Of a stretch of 64,000 nucleotides of DNA, positions 50,065 through 64,000 are shown piece after piece (within the stretch, counting starts at the first letter, position 1; each line of letters starts with the position of its first letter). The position numbers were made by a program, and so were the translations under genes. The DNA is from Chiloscyllium plagiosum. Its lineage: Eukaryota. A model generated the notes under the pieces. The model was not told the DNA's origin. It searched no databases and was given only the letters and a program-made list of their open reading frames with translations. The stretch covers positions 5,673,725-5,737,724 of the forward strand of contig NC_057759.1 in the NCBI RefSeq assembly GCF_004010195.1. Reading direction: 5' to 3'.

Positions 50065-52975
50065 CGTTTTTCACTGGAGGTTGAGTGGTGACCTTGTAGA
50101 GGACTATAAAATCATGAGGGGTATAGATGGGGTAAACAGCAAGTGTCTTTTCCCTCGGGTGGGGTTTCATGATTAGGGAGCAAATGTTGAAGGTGAGAGG
50201 AGAAAGATTTTTTCAAAAAACGAGTATCACTTTTAAGAAAGGAGTTTCTATGTGGAATGAATGTCTAGAGGAAGTGGTGGATACAGGTACAGTGACAACG
50301 TTTAAAATACATTTGCATAAGTTCATGAATCAGAAAGGTTCAGTGGGATATGGGCCAAATACTCGCAAGTGGGACTAGTTTAATTTGAGAACATAGTCAG
50401 CATGGACGAGATGGATTGCTGGAACTGTTTCTGGGCTGTATGACTCTAACTGTTCTGTACTGGTCATAGAACTATTTTCTTGCCTTTCCCCAGAACCATC
50501 CACTTTGTTGTTCAAAAATCAGAAATACTCAACCTTGAATATATTCAATGACCACCTAACTGCAGGAAGACATCCCCACTTCTGAACTCCATTCCTCTTG
50601 CTAATATATCACTTGCCAATCTCATTGCTTGCTGCACCTGCTTGACAACTGACATTGACTGGTGTAGAAGGACACAGAGGCACCTTTGTACGTCCACACA
50701 TCATTCCTGATGAAGGCTCAAGCCTGATACATCCTTTCTCCTGCTCCTTAGATGTTGCTTGACCTACTGTGCTTTTCCAGCGCCAAACTTTCTGACTGAT
50801 CTCCAGCATCTGCAGTCCTCACTTTCTCCACATCCCAATGAATCACCATTTAAACCATACATCTCTTTGCTGCTTTTTTCTGCAGCAAAGGCTATAACTT
50901 CATATTGTGGTCCCGCATTTGCCATGTGTTTGCCAATTGATACCCAGACCTGGACGACTTTTCCAGAGTCTGTCCCCTCCCTAGATTCACTCCCTTTCCT
51001 TTCAGGTCCTGTAAGTCAACAAATTGAATCCCAGGATGAAACAAAGAAATGGAAAACGGGGTGAGAAAGGAGAGTGCTGTAAACACAGATGTTGGACAGA
51101 GGAAGGAAGTTGCACTCTGGGGTGAAACCCAATCTTCATTCAGAGAGAGGAGCAGCAACTTCCAAAGTTCATGGTCCAATGTCCACATTCAGGCAAAAGG
51201 AGGGTTGTGACTGGCAGGAGGACCACACTCCTTCCGGTTGTCCAGGACTCCTCGTTGGTCCAAAAAAATGTCGCAGGCCATTTCTGTGGTGAGCGAGGAG
51301 CATGCACATTATTTTGCTGACACCGGTGAACATTCGCAGTCCTTGCTGCCACAGAGGAGCATGCGCAGTATGCAATGTGAAGATGCTGGTGTTACTGACT
51401 AAATTTAAAAGTGTCTAACTGCCAATCATTTAAAAAAAGGCTGCAGTCACAATTTTCTTTCCCCATCATGGTTCAATATTTTATTCTGTTTACATTTTGT
51501 CTGGCTGCTCAACTTTTGTATGTGTTTCCCCTAGGGTAGAATGCTGTCCAAATCTAGAGGGGCACAGCTTTTGGGTGAGAGGGTGAAGATTTAAAAGGGA
51601 CCTGAGGAGTAACTTTTTCATGCAAATGGTGGTGCATGAATTGAATGAGCTGCCAGAGGAACTGGTAGAGGCTGCTACAATGATAACATTTAACATGCAT
51701 CTGGATGGGTATATGAATAGGAAGGGTTTAGTGGGATATGGGCCAAATGTTGGCAAATAGGTCACTATATTAATTTAAGATATCTTATCAGTGTCGATCA
51801 AAAGGTTTATTTCCATACTCCACAACTTTATGGCTCGATTTCTACATTGTTGGAACCAATTGCACAAGACTTGGAATAGACCATTCGCCCCTTACAGCCT
51901 GTCCTTAGTTGTGGCCTACCTGCGCATATTTAAAGCAATTTTGTCAAAGAATTCTGAAGTTTTTTTTTAAAATTGAACATGCTTTCAGACTTTTATGATG
52001 TTTCTAAAGATATCATTTTAGCTATTAGTTTTAAAGGCCAGCCATTTCTCATGCACTCCCATCTCCCAGGTAGAGCATCACCATCCATTCTCCCTGTGTT
52101 CTTGAAGGACTTGATACAGCAATCAAAAAGGGCTTGACGCATGAGAAAGGATTAGGGTGGGAATGGAGTGAGAATAGATGGAGGTGCAGAGGGTGTGGGG
52201 AGACAGAAATGAGAGCAGAGAGAATGGACAGGGGGGCAGAGGGTGGAGGGAGAGACAGCACAAATCCCATCTTCACCAGGACCGCTGTCAAGTGTCCTAC
52301 GAACTGGAACCCATTCCTCCCACAGCAGACGAGTTTCTGAACAGCATCCAACCTAGACCCACCCACGTACCCTACAGCTCTCCATTGCTAATACACCCTA
52401 ACCTGCACATCTCTAGACACTTTAGCATAGTCAATCCACCCTAAACTGCAATTTTTTGAATTGTGGGAGGAATCCTGAGCACCCAGAGGTAACTTACAGA
52501 CACAAGGTGGAAAACATGCCAAAGTCCACACAGACATTCATCTGAGGGTGGAATCGAACCCGGGTTCCTAGGGTCATGAGCCAGTGGTGTTAACCACTGA
52601 GCCATGCCACCCAGAGCTTTGAGGTTCTGCTTTTTCTTTGTAGCTTCTAACTTCTCATGTGCCTGCAGCAGAGGATCTCTCCTCCTGACATTGTTGAATC
52701 ATACCTGCTGCAACCTCCCTTTCCCATCTCTCCAGCCCTGATCACATCTGTTCCTGAATCCTCCTGCCAGACAGATACTGAGGCCATCTGGCCTCCTGCT
52801 CGTTGTAGCAAATAGAGACAATGCCTGTCACTATTCTGTCCCTTACCACCACTTCCCACTCCCCAATGTTGTCATTACTCTCACCACGCACCACCCATCC
52901 AGTTTGCTCCCCCGGCCTGCAGCCCTATCTCAGATCTCAGTGCCTGACTCGCACTCACACCCTCCTGACCCTGTA
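50065..52975 (+). repeat. Segmental duplication copy 1 (paralogous to ~60955-64000)
   Basis: Same order of CR1 piece, unique sequence, Penelope piece, promoter motifs, CR1, SINE, ending tgcctgactc(g/a)cactcacacc. Confidence 0.9.
52340..52612 (-). mobile_element. HE1-like SINE (degraded); paralogous copy at ~63370-63650
   Basis: Minus strand ggtggcatggctcagtggttaacaccactgg...ccgggttcgattcc tRNA-like head. Confidence 0.7.
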
Positions 52976-54457
52976 CACTGACCCAATTAGAAGGCCAGCT
53001 GGAGGGGAAGACCATCTCCCAGAATAAACTGTCTGGTTAACTTTACCCATTTCCTCCCAACAGTTCCGTCTCTCTGAGCCAAAGGTCCTCCAACATGTGT
53101 TTGCCCTGGAACACAGCATCCAGATTCTCCCAGCAAATTTCAGCAAAGTGAAAGACAAGTCCCACCCGACCTTCTCCAATGTGTGTTGTGTAACTGCTTA
53201 ATTGTTTCTAGTGGCCGATTAGAGGCTGACAGCCAAGTTCAGTACCCATGAAGATAACCTCAAGCGGGATCTTGGGTTTACATCCATTATTCTGTACACT
53301 CTCACATAAGCACATATACACATACTCATGCAGACGCTCACTCTCATACACTTGTTCTCTCCCAGATACACAGACATACTCTCCCACACACACCCACCCT
53401 CGCAAAGGCTTATACTGCATCACACATTTTACCAAGCATGCACACACATAAACACACACTTGTGCACGCGCAAACTGTCTCTGATGGACGCACAAATACA
53501 TACAAGTTTTTGAGGTGAATTTTCATTTGCGAAATTACATTTGCAGATACATTCTATTGTGCACTTTTTGAGCAAAATCTGCAGGCAGTCAATCCATATA
53601 ATATTTAATAAATTTCTACTTTGGAAATAGAACCAGTCTCACTCAAGATTTGGATACAGACAGACTCTAACCTCATACATTTTCTGAGCTAAGATTCAGG
53701 TTTTAAAAAACGAGGTATGTTAAGAATATTACTTGAAAGAAGCTCTGGGATTAACATACTAAATGAACCAAAACCTGCAACTCATTCTAAAAGATGAAAG
53801 ACTTAACAGCATTCTAGGTTTGTTCAGTATATGCTATCAGTTGCATGACAGTAATCTTTTGCTATAAATTCTGTTTCTTGTGATCCTGCTCCATAGCCAA
53901 CCGATGAAGGAGCAGTGATCCGAGACCTAGTACTTCCAAATAAACCTGTTGGAATATAACCTGGTGTTGTGTGATTTTTAACATTGTCCACCTCAGTCCA
54001 ACACGGGCTCTTCCACATAATTTCCAGTGAACACAGCTCACACCTCCCCTGGTGCTGCCAGTAAATTTTACAATGCCAATGAAGCAATGGATTACCTGCA
54101 CTCCTGAAAAAATTACAATTTCTGATGATACTAACTACTCATTCACTGCTTCTTCTGATACTTGACAGTGGTAACTTAGTGCTGGAGACTGAAAAAAATG
54201 AGCAGCTTTGAAACAAATGCCTGTTAGATTGCATAGATATCAAGGTCAGAGTACGATGGGAAGTTCAAGTAAGCTTTATTGTGACCCAGCTTTGTTACTT
54301 CTTCAGATTTCCCCAGCAAAAAGGTGTACAAAATGTAAGCTGTTTTTTCAAACGGCTCAAGGTCAAAGCGTACACACTACCCACCCACCGTCTCAGATGG
54401 TGAGCGGGCTGTCCCCAGTGTGGAGCCGCTCATTCAGTTGCAGGCCGGAGGAATCGA

Positions 54458-55591
54458 TTAATCCCTTCCCGCACTCTGGCAGGTGAATGGCTTCTCTCCC
54501 GTGTGGACCCGCTGGTGTGTCCGCAAGTTGCTCACGTGACGGAATGCCTTCCTGCATTCAGGACAGGTGAATGGCCGCTCCCCGGTGTGGACCCGCTGGT
54601 GCGTCTGCAGGTTACCCAACCGACTGAATCCCTTCCTGCACTCTGAGCAGGTGAAAGGCTTCTCTCGTGTATGGACCCGCTGGTGGGTCAGGAGTGTAGA
54701 TGACTCAGTGAACCCCCTCCTGCACACGGGGCAGGTGAACGGCTTTTCTCCTGTGTGAACCCGCTGGTGCCTCTGCAGATGTCCCATCTGACTGAATCTC
54801 TTCCCGCACACTGAGCAGATGAAAGGCTTCTCTCCGGTGTGGACCCGCTGGTGGATCAGGAGTTTAGATGACTCAGTGAACCCCCTCCCACACACTGGGC
54901 ATATGAACGGCTTCTCTCCCGTGTGGACCCGCTGGTGTGTCTGCAGATGGCCCACATGACTGAATCCCTTCCCACACTCTGAGCAGGTGAATGGCCTCTC
55001 CCCGGTGTGGATCCGCTGGTGGGTCCGTAGGCTGGAAGAATCAATGAATCCCTTCCCACACACTGAGCAGATGAACGGCTTCTCCCCGGTGTGGACCCGC
55101 TGGTGGGTCAGCAGGCCAGAAGAATCAATGAACCCCTTCCCGCACTGAGAGCAGATGAAAGGCCTCTCCCCTGTGTGGATCCGCTTGTGGATCAGCAGCG
55201 TAGATGAATAAGCGAACCCCTTCCCACACACCAAGCACGTGAATGGCCTCTCTCCGGTGTGGACCCGCTGGTGAGTCCGCAGGTTGGAAGAATTCACAAA
55301 CCCCTTCCCACACTGAGAGCAAGTGAACGGCTTCTCCCTGGTGTGGACACTGTTGTGGATCAGCAGTGCAGATGAGTGAGCAAATCCCTTCCCGCACATG
55401 GGGCAAGTGAACAGCTTCTCTCCCGTGTGGATCCGCTGGTGCTTCTGCAGATGACCCATCTGACTGAATGCCTGCCTACATACTGAGCAAGTGAACGGTC
55501 TCTCCCCAGTGTGAATGCGTCTGTGGGTTTCCAACACTGATGGGGAAGGAAATCCTTTCCCACAGTCCTCACATTTCCACGGTTTCCCCAT
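54458..55591 (-). CDS. C2H2 zinc-finger array protein, 13 fingers (377 aa)
   Basis: 13 CX2C-X12-HX3H units joined by TGE(K/R)PF linkers; upstream splice acceptor ttatttttgcag| at 55918. Confidence 0.93.
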   Translation of the reverse strand: MGKPWKCEDCGKGFPSPSVLETHRRIHTGERPFTCSVCRQAFSQMGHLQKHQRIHTGEKLFTCPMCGKGFAHSSALLIHNSVHTREKPFTCSQCGKGFVNSSNLRTHQRVHTGERPFTCLVCGKGFAYSSTLLIHKRIHTGERPFICSQCGKGFIDSSGLLTHQRVHTGEKPFICSVCGKGFIDSSSLRTHQRIHTGERPFTCSECGKGFSHVGHLQTHQRVHTGEKPFICPVCGRGFTESSKLLIHQRVHTGEKPFICSVCGKRFSQMGHLQRHQRVHTGEKPFTCPVCRRGFTESSTLLTHQRVHTREKPFTCSECRKGFSRLGNLQTHQRVHTGERPFTCPECRKAFRHVSNLRTHQRVHTGEKPFTCQSAGRD

Positions 55592-56500
55592 TGGGGGAGC
55601 TTTCCTTGTGTCGCTCTGAGTTTGAAATTACAAACAGAATGTGTACGCAGTTTCTCCCCACCGTGAGTGGTGTCAGTTTGATCCTCCAAGCTGAGTAAAT
55701 GGTTTGAAGCACATTTCACAGACAGCGCACTGAATCTCCCTCACTCGGATGTCTCCATATTCTTCCTGCCATACCAGTGTCCAAAACCTCTCAAGCAGAC
55801 AAAAGGAAACATTTCTTCTCGATTTGAATAGCTGCTGATATTCAAGTCCCAATGAATCAAGTGGCTCTGTCAGAAGTTGATGTATCATATGCTTTCAGAC
55901 TTCTTTCCGCATGTCTTCCTGCAAAAATAAATTCACAAAATGATTGACCAGTTAGTACAGTTAAATAAACATAACATAGGTGGCAATTCTGGTAGATTGC
56001 TAGGTGCCTGCTGATCACACATTATCCAGGACACAAAAACCTGAAAACTCTTACGTAGCCAGAAAGCCTTAAGTGTGCGTAGAGGAAAACTTCATTTAGG
56101 TGACTAGGACCTGGAGCAACCTGCCTACAAAGTTGCTGGAGATGGAGCTGAATCAAGGATATGAAAATGAAAGGTCAAGGCTGCTTGAGAAAAGAAAGCC
56201 AGTAAATTTGCTGAATGACTTCCTGCTGTCCTATTACATTAAAAAGACAACAAGAAATACAGGACGTAACTCCATTCGAGGGTGAAGAATAATTGCAAAA
56301 TAGCTTTGACAACAGCCAATAATATCAGCTTTATACCATATGAAGCATTATACATCTAAATTTCGTACCAATGTGCTAAATCCTCAAATGCTGCTCAGTT
56401 TGATAAGATACTATCTTTTTACTTGCAAACATGAGGAAAGAAGCAATCCTTTTCTAGTGCCAAATCAAGAAGATACACAATGAAAATACCTTTAAGTGGG

Positions 56501-56790
56501 ACAGAGGGCACTGAGTACCTTTGCAGAGCCTGCTTCCTCCCTGGATTCACTCCAGTTGCTACAAGTGAACAGTGTCCCCCCCTCTCTCTGTCCCTCCCAG
56601 GATGAGGAATGGAAAGGGGAAGGCATTGTTTTGCTCCCAGATGTTACAGAGGGCACTGAGTACCTTTACAGAGCCTGCTTCCTCCCTGGATTCACTCCAG
56701 TTGCTACAAGTGAACAGTGTCTCCCCCTCTGTCTGTCCCTCCCAGGATGAGGAATGGAAAGGGGAAGGCATTGTTTTGCTCCCAGATGTT
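56501..56790. repeat. Direct tandem duplication, 145 bp x 2
   Basis: acagagggcactgagtacc...ctcccagatgtt at 56501 and 56646. Confidence 0.95.
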
Positions 56791-56829
56791 GTCCAAAGGG
56801 AGGGAGTTACACTTTGTAACTGACAAGGC

Positions 56830-56910
56830 TACTTCTGCGTCGTGACGTCCTCAACTGGGGGGGGGGGGGGGCAGGACACAGAGTGGGGCCGAACTGCGCC
56901 TACGCTACCT
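56830..56910 (-). promoter_or_regulatory. Candidate promoter of the zinc-finger gene
   Basis: TGACGTC CRE-like site ~56843, G-run, ACTGCGCCTACGC (NRF1-like); donor-like AAAG|gtattt at 56490. Confidence 0.45.
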
Positions 56911-57219
56911 TGCAGCTGAGGCATGTGGGGAGGGGAGGACATCTTGCAAACTCCCTCCGCTCTCCTCCAAATCAATGTGATTTGAGTTCAAGTAAAGCAT
57001 GGGGTTTAATTTTAGTTTCACACTCACAGAAAACCTCCTTCTCTGTGAATCCAACATTTTATTCCCCCCGCCCCCTTCCCCTTCCACTCCATGGAAATAA
57101 TGATCTAAGAGACTCTAGAGTTGGAGTTGCTACCATACCTGCTGTAGGGGGTTTGGGAGAAACAGTTTATTTTATGAATCATTTCAATTCAACCACATCC
57201 TTGCCATTGAAATACTAAT

Positions 57220-58040
57220 TTTCCACGGAGGGTGGTTCATGTGTGAAATGAACTTCCTGAGGAAGTTTTGGATGCAAGTACAATTAAAACATTTGGATAA
57301 TTACATGAATAGGAAAGGTTTGGAGGGATACAGGCCAGGAGCAGACAGGACAGACTATTTGGGATTATGGTCCCAAATTTGGGATTATGGTCAGCATGGA
57401 CTGGTTGCACTAAAGGTCTATTTCTATGCCCCTTAACTCTATGACAGGTTCATAGTTCCATGAAAATAGAGTCAGAGGTAGACAGGGTAGTGAAGGTGGT
57501 ATTGGTATGCTTGCCCCTATTGATCAATGCATTCAATTCTTGTTTCTCTGCTATAGGATAGGAAAGATGTTGTAAAACTTGAAAGTGTTCAGAAAGATTT
57601 ACAAGGATGTTGCCATGGTTAGAGGATTTGAGCTACAGGGAGAGGCTGAATACTCTGGTGCTGTTTTCCCTGGAGTAGAGGCTGAGGGGTGACCTCATAG
57701 AGGCTTTTAAAATCATGAGGGGCACGGTAGGGAAAATGGGAAAGTCATTTTCCCCACGGTGGGGGTGCAAAAGGTTTAGGGTGAAAAGGGAAGATTTAAA
57801 AGGGACCTAAGGGTCACGCAGTGGGTGGTGCATGTATGGAGTGAGCTCCCAGAGAAAGTGATGGAGGCTGATACAATTACAACATTTAAAAGGTATCTGG
57901 ATGGTTATATGAACAGGAAGGGGTTGGAGCTTTATGGGCCAAATGCTGGCAAATGGAACTAGATTTGCATTGGATATCTTGTCAGCATGGCTGTGTTGGA
58001 TCGAGAAGTTTTTTTTTCCATGCTGTACATCTCTGTCTAT
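57220..58040 (+). mobile_element. CR1 LINE 3' fragments
   Basis: gaggctgaggggtgacctcatagagg, tggagtgagctcccagag, tatgaataggaaaggtttggagggata typical CR1 3' end. Confidence 0.8.
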
Positions 58041-60954
58041 TTGATAACAGATGCTTTATTTTAGTTGACCTAAGTATTATTATAAATTAGAGCAAGGTAC
58101 TAATATTTAGATGTAAGGGAGAGAGAATTCCTCAACAAGGGCACTATAAGAATCTTGGGTGACCCCTATTTCTGGTTTACTTTCTAATGAACAAACATTA
58201 ACTACAAGCACCAACTGTGCATTTATGTTTTCTCACTTTTCTTGTTTTATTCCCTGCTATGACTTTCTATGTCTGGATGGTTGACAGTCTGGGAGATTGT
58301 GGGTTGGTCCTTGATCGACTGATTTACTGTTTTATTGAATCAGAAGGTATAAAAGGGGGTCAAAGCTTCAGCAGAAATCCAGCAGAGCTGAGAACAGACA
58401 CCAAATAACTTTGTGGGAACAGGCAGATCAGAAGAAGAGAAAACAGGACCTGAAATCTGAGCCGACCTGCGACTACCATGTTATCAGTGCTTTGATTAGC
58501 AGTGGCAATCCTCTACCTTAACTGAGCTTCTCAGTTGACCTGAATGCCACATACCCACTCGATATTCAGGATCCAATCCTTGTCATCCTGAAGCCATGTC
58601 TCTATAAGGAGTCTCAGATCATAACTATTTTCTTTAATGTGTACAGTCAGTTCACTCACTTTCGTTACAATGCAGCACGCGTTCAGACACCACAGCTTTT
58701 AATTTCAATTTTTGTAGTCTTTTGAATCCAGCTTTGATTGCTGGTACATTTATTCTCCTTGTCCCTGTCTATCTTTCTCTGACGTTTATTTTCCACATCA
58801 CTACTTACTCACCTGCCTTGATTTGGATTGGCCATGCTAAATTGCCCATACTGTCCAGGGATGTGCAGGTTAGGTGGGTTAGCCATGGGAAATGCAGGGT
58901 TATGGTTTCATAGGAATCGAATCAGGAGTAGGCCGTTTGGCCTGTCGAGCCTGCTCAGCCATTCATTAAGATCATGGCTGATCTATCCATAGTCTCAACT
59001 CCTCCTACCGGCATTATCCTGACTACCCTTGATTCCTCTACCATGCAAAAACCCATCCAACTGTGTCTTGAATATACTTAATAAAGCTGCCTCTACTGCT
59101 TCCTTGGGCACTGCTGTCTGCGAAAAGCAGCTCCTCCCCATCTCTATCCTAAATCTGTTCCACCTAACCTTGAGGCCATGTCCCCTGGTTCAGTCTCACC
59201 CACCAGCAGAAACAACTGGATAGGGTAGGAGACGGTGGGGTTGGCATTATCTTTGTAGGGATCAGTGTGGACTAGATGGGCCGAATGGCCTGATTCCACA
59301 CTGTTGGGCTTCTATGATTTACCGCAGTTGTGTTTGCTCTGATCACAACACCCAGAACCTCCCACCATCTGCAAATCAAAAGACAATCCCAGCCTGCCCT
59401 CTCATTTTTGTGTTACCTAACTGCTTAATCGTTTCTAGTGAATACAGCCCACAAATCTTACTACTGCCAGTAAACGTTAAAATACTGATGAAACAATGCA
59501 ATATCTGCAGCATTGAAAATCATAACCCTTCGAACAATACCAGTTACTGATTCACCGCTTCTTCTGATGCACGGTATTGGAAATACAATGTTGGAGGCTG
59601 AAAGAAATTAGCAGTTTGAAACAAAAGCCCACCAAACACTTCACTTACTGCCACTAAACCTGAAAGCACTTCATCCCTACAGTGCAATGAATTCCTACTT
59701 TTTATGAAAATCCCAGATCTACTCACTCACTCAGTTGCTGTCTCGCAAACGAAAGATTTTACTGTAACCTTTTCTGCTCCCAGGAAGGACAAAACATTTT
59801 TGAAAACTGCTCTGAAAGTCCAGTCTTCACAATGACACTTCTATCACCGAAGACAATTTGAGTCAGACAACACAGAAACAGACCTTTTGGTCCAACTTGT
59901 CAGTGACAACTAGATGTCCGAAATTAGTCCAGTCCCATTTGCCAGCATTTGGCCCATATCCCTCTAAACCCGTCCTGTTCATGTACTCATCCAGATGTCC
60001 TTTACAATGTTGTAATTGTACCAGCCTCCACCACTTCCTCTGGCACTCGTTCCATACATGCACCACCTCTGCGTGAAAGAGTTGCCCCTCAGATTCCTTT
60101 TAAATCTTTCCCCTCTCACCTCAAACCTATGCCCTCTAGTTTTGGACTCCCCTACCCTGGGGAAAAGATCATGGCTACTCACCCTATCCCTGCCACTAAT
60201 GACTTCAATAAGGTGGCCCCTTATGAACTTCAATAAGCTCACCCCTCAGTCTCTGATACTCCAGGGAGAGCAGTACCAACCTACTCAGCCTCTCCTTAAA
60301 GCTTCCAATGCTGGCAACAGCCTTGTTCATCTTTTCTGAATCCTTTCAAAGTTTTGCAACATCCTTCCTGCATCAGGGAGACTCGAACTGAATGCAGTAT
60401 TCCAAACATGGCCTACTCAATGTCCTGTACAGCCACAATATGACCTCCCAACCCCTGTACTGAATGCACTGACCATAAGACATAGGAGCAGAAATTAGCA
60501 AGGATACCAAACACCTTCTTCACTATCCGGTCTAGCTGCAACTCCACTTTCAAGGAACTATGAAGCTGCACTGCAAGGTGTCTTTGTTCTGCAACATTCC
60601 CCATTAACTGTGTAAGTCCTGCTCTGATTTGCCTTACCAAAATACAACACCTCATATTTATCTAAACTAAACTCATCTACCAATCCTCAGCCCATCTTAT
60701 CAATTGTAATTTATAATTGAACTTTCTTTCCTCTATCATTCCCTAAAAGCTGAAAATCAGCTATGATTGAATGGTGGAGCAGATGTAATGGGCTGAATGG
60801 CCTAATTTCTGCTCCTATGGTCTCTTGCTGTCCTGGTCACAGTATGAGAAATGGGAAATAGGAACAGGCCATTTGGTCTTCCGAGCCTTCACCAGCATTG
60901 AACACATCATAATTGGATATGAATATACCTACATTTAGGTGAATACACTGGGAC

Positions 60955-63900
60955 TCTTTTCACTGGAGCATACGAGGTAGAGATTGACCTTGCAGAGGTC
61001 TATAAAATTATGAGGGTTATAGGTGAGTTGAACAGTGGTTGTCCTTTCCCTAAGGTGGGGATTTCAAGATTAGGGAGCAAATTTTGAAGGCGAGAGGAGA
61101 AAGATTTTAAGCACCATTCTTTCCTTTTACAGAGAAAGTGGTTTGTGTGTGGAATGAATGTCCAGAGGAAGTGGTGGATGCAGATACAATTACAACATTT
61201 AAAATACATTAGATAAGTACATGAATAGGAACAGCTCAGAGGAATATGGGTGAAACACTGGTAAATTGGACTAGATTAGCCTGAGAACATAGTCAGCACG
61301 GACTAGTTGGACCAAATGATCTGTTTCTGTAACTGTATGACTATAACTGTTCTCTACGGGTCTTAAAACCATTTTCTTGCCTTCCCCTCGAATCATCCAC
61401 TTCGTTATTGTTCAAAAATCTGATGAACTCAGCCTTGAATACATCCGATGACCCCCTAACTGCAGGAAGACATCCCCACTTCTGAACTCAATTCCTCTTA
61501 GTAATATACGACTTGCCTCGCTCGTTGCTTGCTCCATCTGTCTGAGAACTGACATTGACCGGAGTAGCAGGACGCTGAGGTGCATTTGTACGCCCACACA
61601 TCATTCCTGATGAAATGCTCATGCCTGAATCGTCGACTCGCCTACTCCACAGATGCTACCTGACATGCTGCACTTTTCCGGAAGCGCACTTTTTGACTCT
61701 GATTTGCCGTCTTCACTTTCTCTACATCCCAATGTATCACCATTTAAACAATACACCTCCTTTCTGCCTTTATTTTGCACAGCAAAGGCAATAAGTGCAT
61801 ATTGTGGTACTTCAATTGCCATGTGTTTGCCAGTTGAGACACAGACCTAGACCAACGTTTCCAATCTGTTCCCTCCCTGGATTCACTCCCTTTCCTTTCA
61901 GTTGCTGCAAGTTAACAACTGAACCCCAGAATGAAAAGAAATAAATCGAAAAGAGAGTGCTGTACTCACAGATGTTTAGACAGAGGAAGGAAGCTGCAAT
62001 CTGGGGTGAAACTCAATCTTCATTCAGAGGGCAGCAACTTCCCAAGCTCATGGCGAACTTCCGCATTCATGCACTACGGGGTGTCTCTGATTGGCAGGAG
62101 GACCAGACGCCTTCCGGTCGTCCAAGTCTTCCCATTGGTCCATGGAAAAAAGGTATCGGGACGTTTCAGCGGAGAGCGAGGAGAATGCGTACTATTTTGC
62201 TGACATCGGTGAACATGCGCAGTATTTCCTGACACCGAGGAGCATGCGCAATATGTGATGTGACGATGCTGGTGTTATTGACAGATCTTAAGTGTCCAAA
62301 TGCCAATAGCAGAAGAAGAATGGTTGGACCCAGAATTAGTTTCCTCGTGGGTCAGCGTTTTATTCCTTTTGCACTTTGTCTCCTGCTCACCTTTTCTAGG
62401 TCTTTTCCCCAATGTAGAGGAAGTCTAAAACTGGAGGGTCATAGGTTGAGAAAGAAAGGGGAAAATTTTAAAAGGAACCTAAGGGGTAACTTTTTCACAC
62501 AGAGGGTGGTGGGTGTTTGGAATGAGCTGCCAGAGGAAGTGGTAGACGCTGGTACAATTCCAACATTTAAAAGGTGTCAGGATGCATATCTAAATAAGAG
62601 GGTTTAGAAGGATATGGACCAAATTTCGGCAAATGGGACTAGATTAATTTAGGATATCTGATTGGCACGGACCGAAATGTTTGTTTTCATTCTTCTCAAC
62701 CCTATGACACTATTCCTACATAGTCAGAACCAATTTCACAAGACTAGGGGTAGACCATTCACCCCTCAATTGTGGCCTAACTGTGCATATTTTAATGCAG
62801 GTTTCAGAAAGATGTCTGCAGCTTTAAAAAGGAATTGAACATGCTTTCAGACTTTAATGATGCTTCTGAATACATTTTAGGTATTCTCAATTTTAAATAT
62901 TAGCCATTTCTCATGCATCCCTGTCTCCCAGGTAGTGTCATCACCATTCCATTTTCTTTCTCTTCTTAGAAGGGCTTGATACGGTGATCAATGAGGGCTT
63001 GAGGCATGAAAAAGGACGGCGGGGTAGCGTGTGCGGGAGAAGGGAGAGAGGATGGACAGAGTCAGAGGCTGGTGGGAGAGAGAGAGCGAAAAGTGGCCAT
63101 GTGGACAGAGGATGGGGGTAGAGAAAGGCTTGTTTAGAGGGTTGGGGGGAGAATCGGGGTGCAGTGTGAAAATGGGAGAAAGGGCAGGGGGCAGTGGATG
63201 GGGAGAAAATGGACAAGGGGCAGCATGTGAAGCGAGAGACAGCACAAATCCCACCTTCCCCGGACTGATATCAGTGTCCCACGAACTGGAACCCACTCGT
63301 CCCACAGCAGATTTGGGGCAATCATTTCTCAATATAGAATCATATAGTCCATGCAGGCCTTTTGGCCCATCAAATTCACACCGACCTTCCGCAGACCCAC
63401 CGCTTACCCAATAGCCCTGCAGTTGCCAATGACTAATCCACCCTAACCTGATCATGCCTGGGCACTTTAGCACAGCCAAAACATACTAAACTGCAAATCT
63501 TTGAACTGTGGGAAGAAACTGTGGGAGCACGTAAAGGTAACCCATGCAGACACAAAGTGCCAAAGTCCACACAGACTGGCGCCTCAGGGTGGAATAATAC
63601 TCGGGTCCCTGGCACTGTCTGGCAGCGATGCTAACTGGTGAGCCATCGTGCTGCTCAGACCTTTGAGGCTCTGCTTTGTCTTTGTAGCTGCTATCTTTTC
63701 ATGTACCCTCAGCAGAGGCTCCCTCCTCCTGACATTGTTGGACCACACCACAGCAACCTCTCTTTTCCACTTTTGAAGCGCTGAGCACGTTGGTTCCCAA
63801 ATTTTGCGCCAGATACTGATGCATTCTAGCCTCCTGATTCCAACTGCAGAGAATGGAGGCAAACCCTGTCAGTATTCTGTTCCTTACTACCATCTCCGCC

Positions 63901-64000
63901 TGCCCAACATTCTTTTTACTCCCATCATCCAGCCAGTTAGCTCTTCCACCCTGCAATTCTCTCTCAGATCCCTTTTACCTGCCTGACTCACACTCACACC
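60955..64000 (+). repeat. Segmental duplication copy 2 (runs off window end)
   Basis: Colinear with 50065-52975; includes CTTCCGG (ETS) ~62111 and GCATGCGCA (NRF1-like) ~62242. Confidence 0.9.

Noticed and set aside
58112..58669. Solo LTR (TGTAA...TTACA, TATA ~58348); similar candidate from ~14854
   Set aside because: No TSD and no second copy in the window; plausible but unsupported.

Overview
Repeat-dense vertebrate genomic DNA, very probably a cartilaginous fish (shark), inferred from HE1-type SINEs, abundant CR1 LINEs, Penelope-like elements and the '[14 protein letters not shown]' style of zinc-finger gene. Intact host genes are a co-oriented pair of replication-dependent histones (H2B 9604-9984, H2A 11247-11636, each with 3' stem-loop) and a 13-finger C2H2 zinc-finger gene (54458-55591, minus). 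There is also a decayed Fc-receptor-like Ig exon plus a TM exon (17.5-19.1 kb, minus). The centre holds two defective endogenous retroviruses on the minus strand, each with both LTRs, a 4-bp TSD, PBS and PPT, and each lacking RT: ERV-A (22000-30525, tRNA-Pro PBS) and ERV-B (34555-46072, tRNA-Ser PBS, ~1.5-kb LTRs). Penelope, CR1 and Tx1 elements are nested inside them. The most striking observation: after removing a Penelope insertion, the ERV-B env reads signal peptide - calcium-binding-type EGF motif - ZP-N-like four-cysteine module - CXXC - furin-like site - gamma-type TM (ISD, CX6CC). The receptor-binding subunit therefore seems built from host-type extracellular modules. Several Penelope families carry minimal hammerhead ribozymes. 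An ~11-kb-spaced segmental duplication flanks the zinc-finger gene. All calls are by eye, with no database searches.
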